A DNA stretch of 64,000 nucleotides, taken from the IMG/VR virus record IMGVR_UViG_3300027754_005796, positions 108,834 through 172,833 of that record; one strand, 5' to 3'. The notes under the pieces are model-generated. The model made no database searches. It was not told the origin of the DNA and saw nothing but the letters and a program-made list of their open reading frames with translations. The translations under genes and the position numbers were made by a program. This document shows, piece after piece, positions 57,645 through 64,000 of this stretch; within the stretch, counting starts at the first letter, position 1, and every line of letters begins with the position of its first letter. The stretch is from a virus.

Positions 57645-58635
57645 TAGCCAGATACCTAAGTGAAAATGCGTCAGGAACATCCACTCCGTATTTATTCCAA
57701 ATTTCTTTGGGGATATTTATAGCTCCAGCAGCCATTGCTGCTGCACTCTCTCTGGTTTTTGGATTATTCATGCGCAGCAGCATGGTGAGAATGTGATCCT
57801 CTTTGACTGGTTTTCCCCAATCGATTTCATCTCTGCGGAATTTAGAATTGACACGGAATGATTTTGTACGCAAGTTGTAAACGATGATGAAATAAAATCC
57901 TTGGCTTTCTGCAACAAATGCCAATTCGCTGGGATTATCTTTCATGTAACCGAAAGTGTTTTCGGTTTTCTTTAATTCTGTTGCTCTTTTTTTTCTATCG
58001 GTCCTGATATCCTTGGCTTGTTGCAGTTCGTCTTGGTACTGTTTTCCAACATCTGACAAATGTTTCTTTTCGTTTGCATCAAGCCAATCTCCTGTTGGTG
58101 CAAGAGGCGAACGCTTTTTATTTTGTTGCAGCCACGCTTTTCTGAGATAAATACGATCACCTCTTGAACCTGTGGAAACCAGCATGTAGCCCTTCGGCAA
58201 TAAAAATCTGGACACAAACAGTTCGTAAGGAATTCGCATATCAACTTCTCTCGGAGAGAAAGTAAATCCGTTTATATGTTGGCCTTCCTGATCTTTCATT
58301 TCGGAAAATTTCAGCAGGGCTTCGAGCATCTTGATGTAGATTTTGGATGAGGATGCACCAGCCATGCCAGTCAAGTTAAAGCGTTGTGGACCCGTAAAAT
58401 CAATGTTGTAAACATTCGGCACTCGCACTTGTTCTCCAAACAGACCCACGCTGTCAACACGGTTGATTTCCACTTCAAAATATTGTTTGACCGGACCTTT
58501 GGGTGTTTGTATTTCAACATTAAAGCGGTAGCCGTAATCGTCGGTGCCTGTCTTTCGCAGGCGAACTCCCGAAATATCCCTGTCCATCAAGTCAATGAAT
58601 GCTTCATGGAATTGAAAGAATTCTTTGAAATTCAT
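57619..58635 (-). CDS. Hypothetical protein (paralogous F.GP / IY family)
   Basis: IDFTGP..F.LTG..G.....IY; M..PY..F. Confidence 0.75.
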   Translation of the reverse strand: MNFKEFFQFHEAFIDLMDRDISGVRLRKTGTDDYGYRFNVEIQTPKGPVKQYFEVEINRVDSVGLFGEQVRVPNVYNIDFTGPQRFNLTGMAGASSSKIYIKMLEALLKFSEMKDQEGQHINGFTFSPREVDMRIPYELFVSRFLLPKGYMLVSTGSRGDRIYLRKAWLQQNKKRSPLAPTGDWLDANEKKHLSDVGKQYQDELQQAKDIRTDRKKRATELKKTENTFGYMKDNPSELAFVAESQGFYFIIVYNLRTKSFRVNSKFRRDEIDWGKPVKEDHILTMLLRMNNPKTRESAAAMAAGAINIPKEIWNKYGVDVPDAFSLRYLATSPDSDLD

Positions 58636-59255
58636 GATACTACCCTTTTTTCTTTTTTGATGCGCTCAGTTTCTTGACGGACCTCTCGGTTTGTTTTGAT
58701 GATTTGGTATAAATCTTCGGAACTAAAGCTGCCACGATTTTCTCGCATCCATCTTTTTGCGATATATGTATTAGGTTCTGTTAGAAAAAACCCATAACCC
58801 TCTGGTGGATCGGGAAAAAGGAATTTTCGTGCAAACTTGTAATAGACAGGCATCATTTTTGGGTCTGCTGCCGAAAACAATAAGGCGTTGATTGGTTTGT
58901 TTTGTTTTTCTTGAATTTCAAATATCTTCTTGATTCCAAGCAAAACATTTTTGTAAACCAAATTAGCTGCCATACCTGAAATTCCGCTGAGTGCGACTCC
59001 TGTGTCGCCTGAAAAATAAATTTTAAATCCGTTTTCTATACGATGGCCTCGATGTAAAGGAGAGGCTTTAATTGCATTCATAGTGAACGGTTTTTTTTGT
59101 ATTTCGCCATTCACTTCCATTTTGACATCAAATTCATAAATATGGCCCATAGACCAACTATCGATGTGGATGTCCTTTGTGGATTGCATGAGATCGTACA
59201 GTTCATGCAGGCTGTCAAAATTGCCAAGTGCCAAGAATTCTTTAAAACTTTTCAT
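58632..59255 (-). CDS. Hypothetical protein (paralogous F.G / VY family)
   Basis: MKSFKEFL; F.G.....SG..G......VY; KM..VY.KF. Confidence 0.75.
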   Translation of the reverse strand: MKSFKEFLALGNFDSLHELYDLMQSTKDIHIDSWSMGHIYEFDVKMEVNGEIQKKPFTMNAIKASPLHRGHRIENGFKIYFSGDTGVALSGISGMAANLVYKNVLLGIKKIFEIQEKQNKPINALLFSAADPKMMPVYYKFARKFLFPDPPEGYGFFLTEPNTYIAKRWMRENRGSFSSEDLYQIIKTNREVRQETERIKKEKRVVS

Positions 59256-59902
59256 GCAGCCACCGCAGGTATTGTTTTGGGAATGGGCATTCCAAGACGC
59301 TTAAGTTGTGTATCGATTGCATCTTTGATGATTTTCGTGTCAATCGTGTGTCCCATTCCGTAAGTTCTGAGTTCAAAGCCGTATCTATCTCGCAACTCGT
59401 AGCTGTATCTGGGCAGGACTTGATTGTCTCTTTCGCCCTGAATAATGATTGTGTCTTCTGGCAAATCCGAAGGGTCTGTGCCAAATATTTTCCAAGCAGG
59501 AGCTCCCAACACGAACTTGGAGTGAGGATAATTATGTGCCACCTGCATGACTACAGCGCCGCCTTGACTTGTGCCTACTACCACATCAGGAACAAAGTCC
59601 GTGTCTTTCATTTCCGTATCGTGTTTTTTTACATTCGTAGCCATATGTGATGGCCCCAAGTCCTTGTATCGGTCACCCAACAATTGCTTTACTGGTTCAA
59701 ATTGTTTCAAAAATCCGAGATATGCTGCAAAACGGTTGGTTGTTGTTCCAATCTGCTTTACATCATAACCTTGCGCAGCAAGTTCACGAGGGCCTTGTCC
59801 CCTGCTGCCCATTCCCGTAATCCAAAGCACTTTTGGAGCTACAAAATTCTGTTCTGTAAACCTTCTGCTTTTGGATTTCATCCATTGGTAAAAGTTCTGC
59901 AT
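59252..59902 (-). CDS. Alpha/beta hydrolase
   Basis: VVGTSQGG nucleophile elbow, APAW, G..D..V, GH. Confidence 0.85.
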   Translation of the reverse strand: MQNFYQWMKSKSRRFTEQNFVAPKVLWITGMGSRGQGPRELAAQGYDVKQIGTTTNRFAAYLGFLKQFEPVKQLLGDRYKDLGPSHMATNVKKHDTEMKDTDFVPDVVVGTSQGGAVVMQVAHNYPHSKFVLGAPAWKIFGTDPSDLPEDTIIIQGERDNQVLPRYSYELRDRYGFELRTYGMGHTIDTKIIKDAIDTQLKRLGMPIPKTIPAVAA

Positions 59903-60002
59903 TTCTTAACCTCAACTTATATAGTTTTTTGCACATTTTTGTTGCAATCATTTATGGCTTGTGGTAAGATGAGTTCAATAATTTTCACATGGGGTGACAA
60001 AA

Positions 60003-60881
60003 ATGGACTACTATGATATTCCCGAACAGTTTGATGACATTAATCAAATCGTTGATTTTACACGACTCAGGCGTTGTAATGATTTGTGTTGGAAATGGGC
60101 GCAGCGATTAGGCGTAAAGAAGCAATACTACCTCCGTTTCGCAGTCCGTATGCGAAATGATTTGGAAGGTCTTAAAAATCAATTAGAAGTGCGATACCGT
60201 TGCCAGTTTGTAAAAGACTGCAAGGTTATGTTCTATGCGATGGAAGTTGAAGAAATCTTGGTCAAACAATATACGGCTATGATTTTTTCAATTTACAGGA
60301 GATTGCGGATTCCACAAAACGAGTACGAGGAGTTGATTACAGAGGGACTTGTTGCTATCAGAAATGCTGTGTGGCATTTTCGCAACATCAGCGGTGCAAA
60401 AGCTAGTTTCACAACCTTTTGCTACAATTCCATAATGCTTCGCATCCGTGGAATACGAATTAAGGACTATAAAAAAAGACAACGCATGGGTCATATGAAC
60501 AACTTATCCGATATGTCGGAAAATTTCAGCTTCGATATTTTTTCCAAAGATTATTCGCAAAATCTCGAGGAATTTAATCCAAGTTGTGAAATTGATAGTA
60601 TTTTGAAGCTTTGCGAATTAACAGAAAAAGAAACCTACTTAATTCGCAGCTTTATGAGCCGTTTTCAGGGCGGACATTTTGAGGATCGACCGGATGGTCG
60701 TTGGTATGACAATTTTATTCAAAAATTTCCTAATCCCCGATTTAATGCAAATTATTCACGACAAGGAGTTTATAATCAGCTTGTCAGGGTGCAGATGAAA
60801 ATTCTTTACATTATGAAAAAACATAAAAAGGTAGATCAAAAATTTGAGCTTCCTTTGAGTTTGAAGCAAATATATCATTAA
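60003..60881 (+). CDS. Divergent sigma-70-family factor
   Basis: EELITEGLVAIRNAVW.F.....ASFTTF; YSRQGV; TTGCAA-N17-TAAGAT upstream. Confidence 0.75.
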   Translation: MDYYDIPEQFDDINQIVDFTRLRRCNDLCWKWAQRLGVKKQYYLRFAVRMRNDLEGLKNQLEVRYRCQFVKDCKVMFYAMEVEEILVKQYTAMIFSIYRRLRIPQNEYEELITEGLVAIRNAVWHFRNISGAKASFTTFCYNSIMLRIRGIRIKDYKKRQRMGHMNNLSDMSENFSFDIFSKDYSQNLEEFNPSCEIDSILKLCELTEKETYLIRSFMSRFQGGHFEDRPDGRWYDNFIQKFPNPRFNANYSRQGVYNQLVRVQMKILYIMKKHKKVDQKFELPLSLKQIYH

Positions 60882-61318
60882 CAAATTTCTTCCAGACCGA
60901 ATTGCATGGGACTGCCGTGACGGCTGGATTCAAGCTCGTTTACAATTTTTTTGATACGGTCACGGATTGCACTATAGTATTTGATACCAGTTTCTATCTG
61001 TTTCTCTTTTGAGTCATCGATGTCGCCGTAGACAAGGATGGCAAAGGTTGCTGCAAAAAAGTCATTTTTGTTTTTTTGCAATCTTGCCGTAACAGTTGCC
61101 GTGACATGTTCGGCAATTTGTGCGTCTGTGATTTGGCTTTGGCGCACGAATTCTGCGTAATTTACAGCCTTGCTCAGGCCCAAAGCTCTTTTTAAATCTA
61201 ACGAAAACTTGCAGTTAATAGTGCCTTCTGACAGGTCAACATGGACATTTTCCTCATCAAAGGATTCTTGGTAAAAGTGGGAATTGTTGTCGTAGAATAG
61301 GGTGATTTTGGTACTCAT
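60878..61318 (-). CDS. Hypothetical protein
   Basis: GAGGAG SD. Confidence 0.75.
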   Translation of the reverse strand: MSTKITLFYDNNSHFYQESFDEENVHVDLSEGTINCKFSLDLKRALGLSKAVNYAEFVRQSQITDAQIAEHVTATVTARLQKNKNDFFAATFAILVYGDIDDSKEKQIETGIKYYSAIRDRIKKIVNELESSRHGSPMQFGLEEIC

Positions 61319-61487
61319 TTGTTTCTCCTCTGGATTTCTTGATTGAATCTATCCTAAAATTAGCGTCAACGGAAGCTTTTTTCCATGACTTTAGAGTTAA
61401 TTCTGGTGTATGGCTTGTTAGAAGCGTGGTAAAGAGATTTGCACAGTTGAATCTTGTGCAATTTAACAATCTTTATGGAGGATTTCG

Positions 61488-61874
61488 ATGAGCGCCCAAT
61501 ATACCACAACTAGAGATTCCTTTAATCAAGGAATTCGTGAACTTTTTCTGCAAAGAACTCGCAGACTGCTCAAGCTTTTGAAAAACAATGCTCCAGAAAC
61601 GATAATTTTTAACGAAATCAACCTGTTATACAGCGATTTGCCTGCTTTTGATGCAGATTACAAAAAATTTGTTTCTGAGCGTGCTGAAAAAGATATCGTT
61701 GTTGTAAAATCGAGATTTGGGCTTTGCAAAAATTCTGGATGTTACAATCCGACCAAAAAAATTCAGGATGGTCTCTGCAAGGAATGTCAGAACAGTTGTG
61801 CAGATTATGAGGTGTTTTTTCAAGAGCTTGTGAAGCGTGCTCAGAAAGCTCCTGAAGAAGTAGAGGCTGTGTAA
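61488..61874 (+). CDS. Hypothetical zinc-finger protein
   Basis: GGAGG SD; C....C...C..C; hairpin 61900-61927 after. Confidence 0.75.
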   Translation: MSAQYTTTRDSFNQGIRELFLQRTRRLLKLLKNNAPETIIFNEINLLYSDLPAFDADYKKFVSERAEKDIVVVKSRFGLCKNSGCYNPTKKIQDGLCKECQNSCADYEVFFQELVKRAQKAPEEVEAV

Positions 61875-61971
61875 CCTCACTTAAAAAATTTTCCTCACAC
61901 CGGAGGCATAAAACCCTCCGGGTTTTTATTTACCCAGCACTAAATAAAATTAATTGTCTGAAGGAGATACC

Positions 61972-62736
61972 ATGAAAAGATTTGGAAAGTGGCTTGAAAG
62001 TCGTGATCATAGTTTGGTTGAAGAAATTTCTGCCGAGGACATGAAGCGTCATGATTTTGATGCCATGCAATACGCACAACAAACTTTAAAAACTCATAAA
62101 GAACGCTCAGAACAACAAGAGGCTGTAAAGAATCTTGAGACTATTAAAAATCATTTGCAAGATTGGGTTGGTCATGACAAATTTGGCGCTGCCAAGCTGA
62201 AATATATCGCAGCAATCATTCAAACTCACGGCAAAGACCAATTCCCTCATCATGCATACGCAGAATTAGATGATCTGCACAAGGTTGCCAAATTGCTTGG
62301 CAAGGATGAACTTGAAAAAGCCATCGGTGAAAAAGAAGTTCTGAAACAAATTGCACATGCTGTTGAGTCTGATTGGGATACTGAAATTTGGCCCTCCATT
62401 CACGACAAGCAGGCTTCTGATCTTTATGGCAACGACACAGATGCTGTAGAGCAACCCGATGTTCCGGGTATGGAAGATCACTCTCATGGCGACTTGGGCA
62501 AACATTTTGCCGACTTCACAGTTGCTCACATGTTGCATTTGATCAACAAGCTTCAGCACAGCCTAAAGCAAAAGCATGATGATGAGGATAAAGTCAAAAT
62601 GGGAGTAGACAAACCAATTCAACCCCATGATCCCACACCATCTCCTGCTTCCGATGCACAAAAGCAAGACGGCCAAGAAAAGCCAAAGCAAGGAGGTGAC
62701 AATGTCATGATGCCTCCCCAGCATTCTGAGAATTAA
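61972..62736 (+). CDS. His/Asp-rich hypothetical protein
   Basis: AAGGAG SD; MKRFGKWLES start. Confidence 0.8.
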   Translation: MKRFGKWLESRDHSLVEEISAEDMKRHDFDAMQYAQQTLKTHKERSEQQEAVKNLETIKNHLQDWVGHDKFGAAKLKYIAAIIQTHGKDQFPHHAYAELDDLHKVAKLLGKDELEKAIGEKEVLKQIAHAVESDWDTEIWPSIHDKQASDLYGNDTDAVEQPDVPGMEDHSHGDLGKHFADFTVAHMLHLINKLQHSLKQKHDDEDKVKMGVDKPIQPHDPTPSPASDAQKQDGQEKPKQGGDNVMMPPQHSEN

Positions 62737-62750
62737 TCTCTAGGAGGAAT

Positions 62751-62954
62751 ATGGAATTTCCAAGTTCAAATTGTGCGGATTTTATTAAAAAAGGTTATGT
62801 GCCTTTTACGGTAAGAAACACTAATTGCTACATGTGCAAATTTAGAAGGCCAAATATTTATCTTGACAATTTAGAGTATCTGAAAACGGAGTTCGGTGGT
62901 TCGTTGCAAGAAGTAGTTTTGGTTACAGAAAGCGGATGCTACTTGAGAAAATAA
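62751..62954 (+). CDS. Small hypothetical protein
   Basis: AGGAGG SD. Confidence 0.65.
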   Translation: MEFPSSNCADFIKKGYVPFTVRNTNCYMCKFRRPNIYLDNLEYLKTEFGGSLQEVVLVTESGCYLRK

Positions 62955-62958
62955 CAAT

Positions 62959-64000
62959 ATGGTTAAACAACTGACTGTAAAAATTAGTGAACTTCCAAAT
63001 CTGCAAGAGATGCATGATGACACAATCATGGCAGTTGTTGATTCGGGAATTACACAACAAACATCGGTAGTTGATCTCAAGGATTATATTCTTAATGGCG
63101 CTCAAGGTGGTGGCAATCAAGGCAATCAAGGGAATCAAGGCAATCAAGGCAATCAAGGCAATCAAGGCAATCAAGGCAATCAAGGGAATCAAGGCAATCA
63201 AGGCAATCAAGGCAATCAAGGCAATCAAGGTAATCAAGGTAATCAAGGTTTTCAGGGTAGTCAAGGAGCACAAGGCGCTCAAGGTGATACAGGTTTAGGA
63301 GCCCAAGGTGATATAGGAGCACAAGGCGATGCTGGTTTCGGATCACAAGGTGACATAGGAGCACAAGGTGCTCAGGGTGATGCAGGTTTCGGAGCTCAAG
63401 GTGATATAGGTGCTCAGGGTGATATAGGAGCTCAAGGAGCGCAAGGTGATGCAGGTTTTGGAGCCCAAGGCGACATAGGAGCTCAAGGAGCGCAAGGTGA
63501 TGCAGGTTTTGGAGCCCAAGGTGATATAGGTGCTCAGGGTGATATAGGAGCTCAAGGAGCTCAAGGAGCTCAAGGTAATGCAGGTTTTGGAGCCCAAGGT
63601 GATATAGGAGCACAAGGCGATGCTGGTTTCGGATCACAAGGTGCTCAGGGTGATGCAGGTTTCGGAGCTCAAGGTGATATAGGAGCACAGGGCGATGCAG
63701 GTTTCGGAGCCCAAGGTGATATAGGAGCACAGGGCGATGCAGGTTTCGGAGCTCAAGGCGATATAGGCGCTCAAGGCGATATAGGAGCACAAGGCGATGC
63801 AGGTTTCGGAGCACAAGGTGATATAGGAGCACAGGGCGATGCTGGTTTCGGAGCCCAAGGTGACATAGGATCACAAGGTGCTCAGGGTGATGCAGGTTTC
63901 GGAGCTCAAGGTGATATAGGCGCTCAGGGTGATATAGGAGCTCAAGGCGACATAGGAGCTCAAGGAGCGCAAGGTGATGCAGGTTTTGGAGCCCAAGGCG
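62959..64000 (+). CDS. Collagen-like (G-X-Y) fibre protein, 3'-truncated (absent from ORF track)
   Basis: MVKQLTVKISELP N-terminus; (GNQ)15 at 63112-63246, then GAQ/GDI/GDA/GF repeats open to window end. Confidence 0.92.
   Translation, partial: MVKQLTVKISELPNLQEMHDDTIMAVVDSGITQQTSVVDLKDYILNGAQGGGNQGNQGNQGNQGNQGNQGNQGNQGNQGNQGNQGNQGNQGNQGNQGFQGSQGAQGAQGDTGLGAQGDIGAQGDAGFGSQGDIGAQGAQGDAGFGAQGDIGAQGDIGAQGAQGDAGFGAQGDIGAQGAQGDAGFGAQGDIGAQGDIGAQGAQGAQGNAGFGAQGDIGAQGDAGFGSQGAQGDAGFGAQGDIGAQGDAGFGAQGDIGAQGDAGFGAQGDIGAQGDIGAQGDAGFGAQGDIGAQGDAGFGAQGDIGSQGAQGDAGFGAQGDIGAQGDIGAQGDIGAQGAQGDAGFGAQG

Noticed and set aside
62871-63874. ORF-track proteins in alternative frames (AIK, LDC, LIA repeats)
   Set aside because: Shadow frames of the collagen repeat
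1-64000. Genome-wide stop-codon reassignment
   Set aside because: Recognisable genes are full length in code 11 and end in TAA, TAG and TGA; only one in-frame UGA case was found
1-64000. Complete tRNA, rRNA or tmRNA genes
   Set aside because: No full cloverleaf or rRNA signature seen; only a 20-nt tRNA 3' fragment

Overview
AT-rich, gene-dense window with both strands coding and mostly hypothetical ORFs. It reads as part of a huge (jumbo) phage genome; this is inferred, since no capsid, terminase or polymerase gene is in the window. The likely host is a planctomycete, probably Gemmatales: the DUF1559 prepilin has VQKVREAA, and there is a planctomycete-type sigma-70 and two CsrA paralogues. 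Recognisable genes: PTH2, ClpX, T4-type RNA ligase, ligase adenylation domain, three ParB-fold proteins, three sigma factors, SNF2 helicase, UvsE, SET domain, thioredoxin, HNH nucleases, a glycosyl/methyltransferase cluster, a Pol-beta nucleotidyltransferase and a collagen-like fibre. Most notable: (1) a secreted HEAT-like gene with an in-frame UGA followed by a bacterial-SECIS-like hairpin, a candidate phage selenoprotein that the ORF track truncates; (2) two arrays of ATGA-coupled Trp/Ser-repeat microprotein cassettes sharing a conserved junction; (3) about 13 genes with T4 capsid-targeting-like N-termini, several behind TAAATA late-promoter-like motifs; (4) a 35-bp motif upstream of three genes; (5) an intein in a small basic hypothetical protein; (6) several gene scars (split mscL-like gene, tRNA 3' end, IS200/605 end). 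All family calls come from motif recognition by eye, not database searches.
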